Part shown: positions 8,113 through 15,825 of the stretch, piece by piece
Layout: each line of letters starts with the position of its first letter
How positions within the stretch are numbered: the stretch's first letter is position 1
The notes under the pieces: model-generated
What the model was told of the DNA's origin: nothing
Seen by the model: only the letters and a program-made list of their open reading frames with translations
Databases searched by the model: none
Virus record (IMG/VR): IMGVR_UViG_3300045988_175656
Source of the DNA: a virus
Strand: one strand, 5' to 3'
Length of the DNA: 64,000 nucleotides
Translations under genes and position numbers: made by a program

Positions 8113-8562
8113 TTAAATCTTTTTATGCTCATTATACTTGTTAAGTATCTGTTTTGCACGTGAAGTTGTGAAACCTTTTTCATTGTATGTTTCAGCCATA
8201 ATAGCCACACACTGATTAAAGATACTTTCAACATTGGCAGCACAAACATTTACTTTCGGTGTGGAAAGCTGTTCTTTCAACTTTTGAATTTCAAGTTTAA
8301 GCTCTTTATTTTCAAGAGACAATTCCTTGTTTTTCTTTGCCAAAAGTTGTGCATTTTCTCCGTCTGCAATGTGCGACAAGATGTTCATAATACTTTCTTT
8401 CTGTTGGATAAGACGCTTGTTAATTTCGTCTTTATTCCAAATGTTACACATTGGAAGTTTGATAACAAGGTTATCATTGTACTTAACATCTACACTGTTT
8501 CCGTTCTTTTCAACTGTAAAGAATGCGAAACTTGTCTGAAATGGAAATTTTTCTGTTGCCAT
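8113..8562 (-). CDS. hypothetical protein with coiled-coil segment
   Basis: ORF track; heptad-like LSLENKELKLEIQKLKEQL. Confidence 0.65.
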   Translation of the reverse strand: MATEKFPFQTSFAFFTVEKNGNSVDVKYNDNLVIKLPMCNIWNKDEINKRLIQQKESIMNILSHIADGENAQLLAKKNKELSLENKELKLEIQKLKEQLSTPKVNVCAANVESIFNQCVAIMAETYNEKGFTTSRAKQILNKYNEHKKI

Positions 8563-8600
8563 AATCTAATACTTTTAAAATTGTTTTTAATATATTACCT

Positions 8601-8616
8601 AACTCATTTGAGTACG
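8601..8616. repeat. palindrome-like AACTCATTTGAGTACG (copy 3 of 3)
   Basis: Lies in the 5' leader of 8113..8562, downstream of its TAccTTTG box. Confidence 0.5.
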
Positions 8617-8672
8617 TCTATCTCTTATTTTGATATTACAAAGGTAAGAACTTTCTCTGACATATCCAAATT

Positions 8673-8909
8673 TTATTTGTTAATTTTTTCCCAAAGTTCG
8701 TTAAAGGAATTAAACTTTATCATTTGTCCGTCTTTTTCAAAAGCAAGTGCAGTTTCTTTTCTTTCTTGATAGGTATCTCCATACCCTTGAAACGCATCCA
8801 CACATATAGAACAATTGTTATCAATTGTTAAAATGGCTCGTCCTTGTTTACCAATTGATTTCAAACCTTTTCCTTTTACGCCCTCATGTTCTATTAATAA
8901 ATTTGCCAT
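8673..8909 (-). CDS. hypothetical early protein
   Basis: ORF track. Confidence 0.55.
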   Translation of the reverse strand: MANLLIEHEGVKGKGLKSIGKQGRAILTIDNNCSICVDAFQGYGDTYQERKETALAFEKDGQMIKFNSFNELWEKINK

Positions 8910-8918
8910 GATACAGTA

Positions 8919-9095
8919 TTATTTAGATGAAACATCAATTAAGAATGTACCTTTACTAATTGTAGTCGTATTGGTAATGCGGAAATTTCTTTTTTCGCAA
9001 TAGTCCTCTACTTCTTCATAAGAAGAAAAACGCTTACCATTTACAATGTACTTTTCTCTCTGTTTTGAACTTTTCATTTTCTCAAAATTTTTCAT
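8919..9095 (-). CDS. small hypothetical protein (58 aa)
   Basis: Own translation MKNFEKMKSSKQREKYIVNGKRFSSYEEVEDYCEKRNFRITNTTTISKGTFLIDVSSK. Below the ORF-track cutoff. Confidence 0.35.
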   Translation of the reverse strand: MKNFEKMKSSKQREKYIVNGKRFSSYEEVEDYCEKRNFRITNTTTISKGTFLIDVSSK

Positions 9096-9167
9096 ATCAT
9101 ATAATCTTTAATTGTTTAATGCAAAGGTAAGCATTTAAAACTTACCTTGCAAATTTTCAGTGATTAT

Positions 9168-9821
9168 TTAACTTTTTAATGCTTGCTTTAACAGATATTT
9201 GTTAATGTAAGGAAATGTTTTGTTTAATTCCATTTCTTCCATAAAAAGTTTTAAAATATCATAATAAGTTTCATATTGTTTTGCGGCTTCTTTACAAGTG
9301 TCATTTATACCGTTAATAGCGTTTGTTGTGTACACATTTGAGTACATGATAACGCTTTTTACCTTGTTAAAGTTTTCTTCATCAAAATAATACACATCTT
9401 TTTCATTTGTTTGGTGTTTCACCTCAATAAATGAAATATCAAAACATGACATCAATTCAGTTAAAAAATAGCCACATCTTTCAAGTTTGATAGTACGCTT
9501 TTTACTATCAATTTTTTCAATGATGTTATAAAATCTATTTACCATATAAATTTCGGGATTGCAGATAGCAAATAACATCACATCAGGTATATTAATAACT
9601 TTTAACAAAGGCAAAGTCCTTTTCCATGTTGGTTCATTGTACATATAATTTACCACAGGGTGTATTTTTCTTAATTCAGATTGAAAACGGTTGTTAAACT
9701 CTTCATCTAAATTAATAGAATAGCCTAAACTTTTTGCATAGGCTTCAATACATTCTTTATCCATTATCATTTTGTTTGATAACTCTGATAAACTATTAAT
9801 TACTTCTTCTCGATTTTTCAT
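9168..9821 (-). CDS. hypothetical early protein
   Basis: ORF track, 217 aa; TAcaTTTG box and AACAATTAAA leader upstream. Confidence 0.7.
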   Translation of the reverse strand: MKNREEVINSLSELSNKMIMDKECIEAYAKSLGYSINLDEEFNNRFQSELRKIHPVVNYMYNEPTWKRTLPLLKVINIPDVMLFAICNPEIYMVNRFYNIIEKIDSKKRTIKLERCGYFLTELMSCFDISFIEVKHQTNEKDVYYFDEENFNKVKSVIMYSNVYTTNAINGINDTCKEAAKQYETYYDILKLFMEEMELNKTFPYINKYLLKQALKS

Positions 9822-10047
9822 AAACTTATATGTTTTAATTGTTTAGTGCAAATGTAGGGCATTTTTTTGAAACTACCAAATTTTAGACCTTTTTTTAACT
9901 TACTTTCACACATAATTCATTTTTAGTTAAATTCACATAAAGTATGTCTATTGTTAATAAATCTTAACAACAGTCTATCTCTACATAGGTGCGAAGTTAC
10001 AAAATACTTTTCATATAAGCAAGTGTTTTAACATTTTTTAGTGTTTA

Positions 10048-10127
10048 TTAACTATTAATGTTAAAATATATTGGAGACTATACTTTAGTATTTTACTACT
10101 ACCTTTTCTTTTTCTATATCAAAGATA
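10048..10127 (-). repeat. promoter-coupled conserved element, copy E
   Basis: -7 box caaagata 10120-10127, core 10073-10086, TTAAC 10048-10052 (20-nt spacer). Confidence 0.75.
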
Positions 10128-10260
10128 AGGGAAATAATTGATATATACAAGTGTTTAACAGAGATTAACGTAATGTATTTTTATATGGCTTATATCAATG
10201 CTAAAAATGTATTTTAATGTTAATGAATGTAATTTGCTTGCGTATGTCAATTATAAATCT

Positions 10261-10268
10261 TACATTTG
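10261..10268 (+). promoter_or_regulatory. -7 box TAcaTTTG, first plus-strand early promoter
   Basis: Followed by the conserved leader ATCAAAATTAAAGAAGTACTAACAATTAAAGATTTAAAGTTATG. Confidence 0.55.
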
Positions 10269-10312
10269 CATATCAAAATTAAAGAAGTACTAACAATTAA
10301 AGATTTAAAGTT

Positions 10313-10579
10313 ATGGATAGTTATAAAACAATTGAGAGCAGAGTTTTTGAAACGGTTGAAAATGCCATCAAAAATGATATAAGATATAAAGACTATTTTA
10401 TAATAGTTCGTAGTGATAATTCTTATTATGTAGTTGGCAAAGATATAATTACATTAAATCTTATTTTAGATAAGGCTGTTAAAAATATATTTCGTTTTGA
10501 TAATAGCGAGCTTGACTATATTTTATCATCACTTGTTCGTAGTGGTTTTAGAGTAGCAATTATCGAGAGTGAAAAATAA
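10313..10579 (+). CDS. hypothetical early protein (weak MutS domain-I-like pattern)
   Basis: ORF track; AAAGTTATG start. The C-terminal LDYILSSLVRSGFRVAIIES resembles the MutS [20 protein letters not shown] motif. Confidence 0.65.
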   Translation: MDSYKTIESRVFETVENAIKNDIRYKDYFIIVRSDNSYYVVGKDIITLNLILDKAVKNIFRFDNSELDYILSSLVRSGFRVAIIESEK

Positions 10580-10595
10580 TGTTCCACGTGAAACA
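10580..10595. promoter_or_regulatory. parS site TGTTCCACGTGAAACA
   Basis: Exact match to the chromosomal parS consensus TGTTNCACGTGAAACA. Sits in the 24-nt gap between two early genes. Confidence 0.8.
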
Positions 10596-10603
10596 ATTTA
10601 GTT

Positions 10604-10867
10604 ATGGAAAATAGAGAAGTTAAAGATATTGCAATAATCGCAAATTTATTAGACGGAAAAGTTAAATTCCGTAAAATCGAATGGTCTCAAATATTAATGG
10701 GTAAACATGGAGAAAGTTTTAATGATTTGTACTTTATTGGGAAAAAACATGGAGTATATTTTTATACAAGTAGAGCGAGTTTAGATAGATTATGTTATCT
10801 TAACAATAAAGATATGCCTACTTATGTGGTTTGTGAAGAAAGTAAAAATGTTTTTAAAATAGAATAA
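10604..10867 (+). CDS. hypothetical early protein
   Basis: ORF track; TAGTTATG start 8 nt after parS. Confidence 0.6.
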   Translation: MENREVKDIAIIANLLDGKVKFRKIEWSQILMGKHGESFNDLYFIGKKHGVYFYTSRASLDRLCYLNNKDMPTYVVCEESKNVFKIE

Positions 10868-10916
10868 AAAAAAAATTAACTTGTTTTCAATTGCTATTGA
10901 TTTTAAATTAATACAT

Positions 10917-10953
10917 AATAGTTAGGGCTTGTGAAAGTCTTAACTATTTTTTT
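10917..10953 (+). terminator. bidirectional-looking terminator hairpin
   Basis: AATAGTTAGGGCT/AGTCTTAACTATT stem (2 G-U pairs) plus a T-run; an A-run lies on the other side. Confidence 0.6.
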
Positions 10954-10959
10954 AATTTT

Positions 10960-11042
10960 TTAACTAAAAAAGTTAATATCTGTTGGAGACTATACTCTAT
11001 ATTATTACATATACCTTTTTATTTTTTCTTTATACAAATGTA
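10960..11042 (-). repeat. promoter-coupled conserved element, copy F (opposes flanking genes)
   Basis: -7 box caaatgta 11035-11042, core 10985-10998, TTAAC 10960-10964 (20-nt spacer). Confidence 0.75.
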
Positions 11043-11240
11043 AGCATTATATTTGATATATGCAAATTATTATCTAATTATTTTCTCTAAATTAAGTTTT
11101 ATTAATACAAAAATTGTTTTGTGTTAATGAATAATAAAAGAAAGTGCAAATGTATTGTAGTCTCAAATAAAGTTCTTATATTTGCAGTGTTGAAAGACAA
11201 AAGAATAAATTATATAATCAAACATTTAAAAATTATAGTT

Positions 11241-11921
11241 ATGAAAGAAGTAAATTTTGTATTGTATTTTGGAGCAAACAGAGGTAAAAATGCTTTGAAT
11301 AATCCTCAAACTGTGACAACTCATGCTAATTGTGATGCGGTTACACGTGAAAAAGAAAATCTTTTTAAAGCGATTTATGGCTACTTAGTTGAATTGTCTG
11401 ATATGGGTATCAGTTATGCAGATACGTTTTATCATCCTTCGCAAACTTGTTTTACAGTGTATCAAACAACCTTAGTAGAACCTACTGTTTATGTGAAATC
11501 TTTGGAAAATAACCAAGTAGGAATTTTTGTCAAAGGTTTGGAAAGAAAAACCGATATTGAGTTTAACTTTTTGCTTGATATGGAAATACATATCACCACA
11601 TTAAGAAACCTTTCAAAAGCGGTTTATTTTGCTCTTTTACACGCAAAGAAAGATGCTGCAAATAAAGCTCGTGAAGAAGAAGAAAAACGTCAAAAAGAAG
11701 AAAAAGAACTTTTTGAAATGTTTGTAAATAATTCTCCTTACATACAAATGAACTTGAAAAGTCGTGATGAATTGTTATCACAGATTATTCAGTTGGAACA
11801 ACTTTTGAACAAAAGAGACAGAGAGTTTTTAACTAATTTAAGTGAACACATGGAAAAGTTAAGCGGAAAAGAAACAGCGGAACGTTTTGTTAAGTTCATG
11901 CAAGAAAAGCTAAATTCATAA
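11241..11921 (+). CDS. hypothetical early protein with Glu/Lys-rich coiled-coil
   Basis: ORF track 11121..11921 starts on GTG and contains a TAtaTTTG box. The ATG at 11241 has the ATAGTTATG context. Confidence 0.65.
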   Translation: MKEVNFVLYFGANRGKNALNNPQTVTTHANCDAVTREKENLFKAIYGYLVELSDMGISYADTFYHPSQTCFTVYQTTLVEPTVYVKSLENNQVGIFVKGLERKTDIEFNFLLDMEIHITTLRNLSKAVYFALLHAKKDAANKAREEEEKRQKEEKELFEMFVNNSPYIQMNLKSRDELLSQIIQLEQLLNKRDREFLTNLSEHMEKLSGKETAERFVKFMQEKLNS

Positions 11922-11943
11922 CTTTAAATATTGTTAATTAATT

Positions 11944-11987
11944 AAAGAAAGTCTGCTATCTGTTTGGATATGTCAGACTTTCTTTTT
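11944..11987 (+). terminator. rho-independent terminator
   Basis: AAAGAAAGTCTG (11944-11955) / CAGACTTTCTTT (11974-11985) plus T-run. Confidence 0.7.
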
Positions 11988-12067
11988 ATCTTTGTATATC
12001 GAAAATAAAAAAGTAATAGTAAAATATTAGAGTATAGTCTCCAACAGGTAAAATATAAAACTGTTAA
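11987..12067 (+). repeat. promoter-coupled conserved element, copy G
   Basis: -7 box TATCTTTG 11987-11994, core AGAGTATAGTCTCC 12029-12042, GTTAA 12063-12067 (20-nt spacer). Confidence 0.75.
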
Positions 12068-12139
12068 TGAATGTGAATTTTTTAATAATCATTAACACAA
12101 AAATATATCAAAAAATTAGGTTCGTATTGAAATAAGCCT

Positions 12140-12147
12140 TATCTTTG
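12140..12147 (+). promoter_or_regulatory. -7 box TAtcTTTG
   Basis: Followed by leader ATCAAAATTAAAAACAATAAAGTTATG. Confidence 0.55.
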
Positions 12148-12176
12148 CACATATCAAAATTAAAAACAATAAAGTT

Positions 12177-12428
12177 ATGAAAACAATTCAAGAAGTATTA
12201 AATATTATTGCTACATCTGATTTAATAATGTATGCAGTTAATTACATTGATTTGATAGATGAAAATGTACCTAATACGAATGCAAGTATCGTTTTAAATT
12301 TTAGGTATAGTAATATAAGTTTGTTATTAATGAATGAAATTTTGAATATCATTCTTACAAACGGTTTATCTTATAATATGGATATTGATAATAAGATAAT
12401 GTATATATACTATAAAATAGAAAAATAA
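12177..12428 (+). CDS. hypothetical early protein
   Basis: ORF track; AAAGTTATG start. Confidence 0.55.
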   Translation: MKTIQEVLNIIATSDLIMYAVNYIDLIDENVPNTNASIVLNFRYSNISLLLMNEILNIILTNGLSYNMDIDNKIMYIYYKIEK

Positions 12429-12480
12429 ATTAATTAATATTCTTTAACACAAAATATTTGGTGGCTATAAAAAAAGTCCT

Positions 12481-12488
12481 TATCTTTG
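12481..12488 (+). promoter_or_regulatory. -7 box TAtcTTTG
   Basis: TATCTTTGTAACATCAAAATAAGAG... leader to ATG 12555. Confidence 0.55.
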
Positions 12489-12554
12489 TAACATCAAAAT
12501 AAGAGAAACCAAAACAATTAAAAATATAAATTTAACAATTAAAAATTTGAAGTT

Positions 12555-13469
12555 ATGAAAAAGAATGAACTTAAAGTTAGCGTGATTATCGAAAATGGTA
12601 TGGTAAGAAAAGAAATGGTAGAAATCTTTTACAGTGAAGATTATGATTTGTTAAACAATTTCGATGGCAACCGTTTAGGTAGTGACGAACAAAAAGAAAG
12701 CGGAAATTATTCTGCAAACGAAATAAAGGCTTTTGATAGTCGTGTTAATAAACTTGTTGCATCTATGCAAAAACGTATTGCAGACGGAAAAGAGGGTTTT
12801 GACAAAAATTTTCCTATACTTGTTGCAGTCATAGACGGTAAAAAAGTAAACATAGACGGACAAGGTAGAAAAGCTGCTTGTAAAAGGTTAGGTATCGGTT
12901 TTTGGTATCGTATATTAGACCAAAAGTTTGATACAATGAAAGATTTGATTAATTATACTATCTCAATAAATACCACTGCATCAAGCTGGAAAATTACTGA
13001 CAAATATAAGGCTTGGGCGATTGCAAATGACCGCAAAGACTTGTTAGAAATTATGCTTGATTGTACAAAAAAATTTGACATTGCAGAAAATTTAACATTA
13101 ATGGTTCTGTTCAAAAATCAGAATGTTTGCAAAAAGAATAATTTCAACATTGACAATATTAAAATTAAAACATATACAGAACAAGCAAAAATCGACTTGT
13201 ACGAAATTTTGAATTTCAGACAAGAATTGATTAACGCAATAAAAGGTTTGAGAGATAGTGAAGGACACAAAGTAGCTATCAAGAAAGAAGAATGTTTGCA
13301 CGCTATTGTAAATTTTTATTGCCAAAATAGCAAACTTAATCGCACAATTGCGGTAAAATATGTGGCTGAATATTATCAAAAAAGCGATATGAAAATTTTT
13401 ACCGCCAATACTACATTATTTGAAAAATTTTTAAATCGCTGTGCGCTTAATCATGATGAAAAGATTTAA
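12555..13469 (+). CDS. ParB/sulfiredoxin-fold protein (DGQHR/DndB-like variant)
   Basis: ILVAVIDGKKVNIDGQGRKAACKRLG resembles the ParB N-domain GERRxRAAxxAG / DGQHR motif. Confidence 0.7.
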   Translation: MKKNELKVSVIIENGMVRKEMVEIFYSEDYDLLNNFDGNRLGSDEQKESGNYSANEIKAFDSRVNKLVASMQKRIADGKEGFDKNFPILVAVIDGKKVNIDGQGRKAACKRLGIGFWYRILDQKFDTMKDLINYTISINTTASSWKITDKYKAWAIANDRKDLLEIMLDCTKKFDIAENLTLMVLFKNQNVCKKNNFNIDNIKIKTYTEQAKIDLYEILNFRQELINAIKGLRDSEGHKVAIKKEECLHAIVNFYCQNSKLNRTIAVKYVAEYYQKSDMKIFTANTTLFEKFLNRCALNHDEKI

Positions 13470-13576
13470 ACTTCATAACTTTAATTTTTGATTGAAAAAG
13501 GGAGTACTAATAAAAAAAGTACTTCCTTTTTTACATTTATTAACACAAAATATTTGGTTCGTATTGATAAAAGCAT

Positions 13577-13584
13577 TATCTTTG
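13577..13584 (+). promoter_or_regulatory. -7 box TAtcTTTG
   Basis: Preceded by TTATTAACACAAAATATTTGG and followed by the ATCAAAATAAGAG leader. Confidence 0.55.
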
Positions 13585-13633
13585 TCATATCAAAATAAGA
13601 GATAATAAGTTTAACAATTTAAAAACTAAAGTT

Positions 13634-13828
13634 ATGAATAGAATTAAATTTTTTGGTAGTGTTGGTATGGTAATGTTTATCATGTGGTTGTGCTTTTGGA
13701 TGTTTGGCGGTTGGTATGTGAAAGGTAGTTTTGAAACATTCTCCTATATTTGGTTAGGTGTTTGTGTGGCTGTTTTAGTCGCTGTTAATAGCAAATTAAC
13801 TAAGATACATAAAGAGATAAGCAAATAA
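13634..13828 (+). CDS. small membrane protein (2 predicted TM)
   Basis: ORF track; hydrophobic stretches VGMVMFIMWLCFWMFGGWY and IWLGVCVAVLVAV. Confidence 0.6.
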   Translation: MNRIKFFGSVGMVMFIMWLCFWMFGGWYVKGSFETFSYIWLGVCVAVLVAVNSKLTKIHKEISK

Positions 13829-13884
13829 GTAGATAATTCAAGGTAGGGCAAATAAATAAGCCCTACCAATAAAATATAAAAGTT

Positions 13885-14235
13885 ATGAGTAAAAAATTCA
13901 AGTTATATGCAACAATAAAAGAAAATGTAGGCTATCAGTCTAATTTGAATAATAATAGAGACAGTTATAACAATGCGCTTTTCTTACTTCGTGGAAAAGA
14001 AATTGAGATAGAGACAGACTATTTGTTTCTTAATCAGTTAAACACTGCACCAATTAAAGATATTAGTAAGAACGGTTTAAGATTATATTTTAATGATATT
14101 AAGTCTTTAAGAATAGAAAACCGTACTTTTCGCACTATTAAAATGAGAGTGAAAAAGTTTTATAAAAGTGCTTGGGATGTTGATATTAAAGAACAACAAC
14201 TTAAAGGATATAAACTTTTATTAGGAATTAATTAA
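13885..14235 (+). CDS. hypothetical early protein
   Basis: ORF track; AAAGTTATG start. Confidence 0.6.
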   Translation: MSKKFKLYATIKENVGYQSNLNNNRDSYNNALFLLRGKEIEIETDYLFLNQLNTAPIKDISKNGLRLYFNDIKSLRIENRTFRTIKMRVKKFYKSAWDVDIKEQQLKGYKLLLGIN

Positions 14236-14278
14236 TTCTTATTAACACAAAATATTTGGTAGGTATTGAAAAAATACC

Positions 14279-14356
14279 TACCTTTGTTGTGTAAGAAAAA
14301 AGTAGGGGTAATATTCTAAAGTATAGTCTCCAACAGGTAAAATATAAAATTGTTAA
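14279..14356 (+). repeat. promoter-coupled conserved element, copy H
   Basis: -7 box TACCTTTG 14279-14286 (hairpin 14258-14282 embedded), core AAAGTATAGTCTCC 14318-14331, GTTAA 14352-14356 (20-nt spacer). Confidence 0.75.
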
Positions 14357-14428
14357 TAAATGCAAAAATTTTAATATTATTTAACATAAAAAAGTATTGA
14401 AATGTTTTGGTGTATCGAATATTATTCG

Positions 14429-14436
14429 TACATTTG
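14429..14436 (+). promoter_or_regulatory. -7 box TAcaTTTG
   Basis: Upstream of the parS-containing leader of 14504. Confidence 0.5.
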
Positions 14437-14470
14437 CATATCGGAAATACAGAAATAAGTTATTAACCAT

Positions 14471-14486
14471 TGTTTCACGTGGAACA
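14471..14486. promoter_or_regulatory. parS site TGTTTCACGTGGAACA
   Basis: Exact reverse complement of the 10580 site; lies inside the 5' leader of 14504..15034. Confidence 0.8.
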
Positions 14487-14503
14487 ATTAAAAATTTAAA
14501 GTT

Positions 14504-15034
14504 ATGGGTAATGTTTATTACATGGATAAAGAAACATTTGTTTTGAAAAGCAAACAACAAATTTTGGTTTATAATTACATGATTGAAGATTTAAAAAACA
14601 TTCTTCCAATTGTGCAAAAATTTGACCAAAGGTTTTTAACCAAAAGATTAACTACTGCAATAGAAAAAGTTTTGAAACATTGCATAGTTAGTTTACACGC
14701 TGATAAAATAAAAATCAGCATACAAGGAGAGTTAAGATACGTTAAAGGTGGTGGCTATATTGAATGGGACAGTTACGATATAGATTTAGATGTTAATAGA
14801 CTTGGTTGGTTGTTAAATTCTGAAAAAAGTATTGAAAACATTCAATCGACTATTAATTACTTTGAAAAACAGATTAACGAATACCAACTATGTATCACTA
14901 ACTATGATGAATTTGTTAATAAACGTTTAGAAATTGAAAAACAAATTGAAGAATACCAAAAACTTGTGCCTTATTGTATGCGAACAGGTTTTAGTGTATA
15001 TGGTACTAAATATTATATAGATGAAATAAAATAA
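14504..15034 (+). CDS. hypothetical early protein
   Basis: ORF track; AAAGTTATG start. Confidence 0.65.
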   Translation: MGNVYYMDKETFVLKSKQQILVYNYMIEDLKNILPIVQKFDQRFLTKRLTTAIEKVLKHCIVSLHADKIKISIQGELRYVKGGGYIEWDSYDIDLDVNRLGWLLNSEKSIENIQSTINYFEKQINEYQLCITNYDEFVNKRLEIEKQIEEYQKLVPYCMRTGFSVYGTKYYIDEIK

Positions 15035-15069
15035 AAGTTAAAATATTTGCAAAGGTAGATTTTATTTTC

Positions 15070-15077
15070 TACCTTTG
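15070..15077 (+). promoter_or_regulatory. -7 box TAccTTTG with embedded hairpin
   Basis: AAAGGTAGAttttattttCTACCTTTG. Confidence 0.5.
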
Positions 15078-15123
15078 CATAAACAATAAAAAACTAAAGT
15101 TTTATTTTAAAGCGTTTTAAAAC

Positions 15124-15507
15124 ATGAAAAAATTATTATTTAATACATTATCAAGACAAACAAAAGAGCTTGAAAAAACGGCTAAAAATGCTATTTTAGC
15201 CTTATTAAATGAGATACCAAACAAAACATATCAGACTGATAAAATAGACGAAGAAAGAAATATAACAACCTATGATAATGAAAAATTTGCTTTTGTAGGC
15301 TGTTATATTGATAAAACAAAAGGCACATTTACATATAATCTACATGATGGGTTAAAGTTATTAGGCTATAAAATAATAAATGATAATGATATGATAAGCG
15401 AAATATTATACAATAAACTGTATGAAATAGAGCTTTTTAATATTGATAATATTCAACTATTAAACGTTATAAAATACATCAATGAGATAGAATTTTCTGA
15501 GGATTAA
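15124..15507 (+). CDS. hypothetical early protein
   Basis: ORF track. Confidence 0.6.
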   Translation: MKKLLFNTLSRQTKELEKTAKNAILALLNEIPNKTYQTDKIDEERNITTYDNEKFAFVGCYIDKTKGTFTYNLHDGLKLLGYKIINDNDMISEILYNKLYEIELFNIDNIQLLNVIKYINEIEFSED

Positions 15508-15550
15508 GATTTATTAACTCAAATAATTTGCAAGGTACGGATGTTCTTCG

Positions 15551-15558
15551 TACCTTTG
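15551..15558 (+). promoter_or_regulatory. -7 box TAccTTTG with embedded hairpin
   Basis: TTTGcaaGGTACGgatgttcttCGTACCTTTG, then the canonical leader. Confidence 0.55.
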
Positions 15559-15600
15559 TTGTATCAAAATTAAAGTACTAACAATTAAAAAATTAAAGTT

Positions 15601-15765
15601 ATGAAAAAGTTAAAATCTATTGAGCTTTACAGAAATTTTCCAGTTATAGACCAAAAACAAAATTCTAATTTTATTTTAAAATTATTTCCTTTTTTCTTTC
15701 AGAAATTAAAAAAAACAATGTGGATAGAAATACCTTTTGTTGGCGTTAAAATAGTAATTAATTAA
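15601..15765 (+). CDS. small hypothetical protein (54 aa)
   Basis: Own translation MKKLKSIELYRNFPVIDQKQNSNFILKLFPFFFQKLKKTMWIEIPFVGVKIVIN. Full canonical promoter, leader and AAAGTTATG start. Confidence 0.45.
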   Translation: MKKLKSIELYRNFPVIDQKQNSNFILKLFPFFFQKLKKTMWIEIPFVGVKIVIN

Positions 15766-15817
15766 TATTATTAACGAATAATAACATAGAATATTTGGTA
15801 GGGAACGGAAATTTCCC

Positions 15818-15825
15818 TACCTTTG
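15818..15825 (+). promoter_or_regulatory. -7 box TAccTTTG with embedded hairpin
   Basis: TTTGGTAGGGAAcggaaaTTTCCCTACCTTTG. Confidence 0.55.

Noticed and set aside
8284-8769. Antisense or overlapping ORFs from the six-frame track. Examples: 2514..2705, 8284..8769, 8327..8539, 8815..9003, 11593..11781, 12675..12863, 13098..13379, 21044..21247, 26725..26949, 27834..28019, 30474..30716, 32097..32426, 35357..35581, 35805..36071, 36798..37010, 37424..37636, 40334..40639, 40943..41176, 45216..45416, 45710..45946, 46348..46587, 47755..47937, 48973..49155, 50807..50995, 52118..52309, 53627..53845, 54072..54263, 58643..58918, 59165..59512, 59807..60013, 62309..62659, 62795..63061, 63184..63390, 63221..63403
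   Set aside because: Each lies inside a longer ORF that has recognisable motifs or the conserved promoter, leader and start context. Their translations are low-complexity (Leu/Ile/Phe/Ser-rich), as expected from AT-rich antisense frames, and none has a promoter box.
11121-11240. N-terminal extensions given by the ORF track (920, 3788, 11121, 17142, 21051, 57542, 63922)
   Set aside because: These starts fall into three groups:
- 920, 11121, 17142, 57542 and 63922 are TTG/GTG codons.
- 3788 and 21051 are upstream ATGs. 3788 lies upstream of a -7 box. 21051 lies within the preceding small ORF (20966..21091), and the ATG at 21111 has the AAAGTTATG context.
- 57542 also lies within a terminator hairpin, and the frame of 63922 continues open to the window edge.

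In-frame ATGs with the conserved AGTTATG context were preferred.
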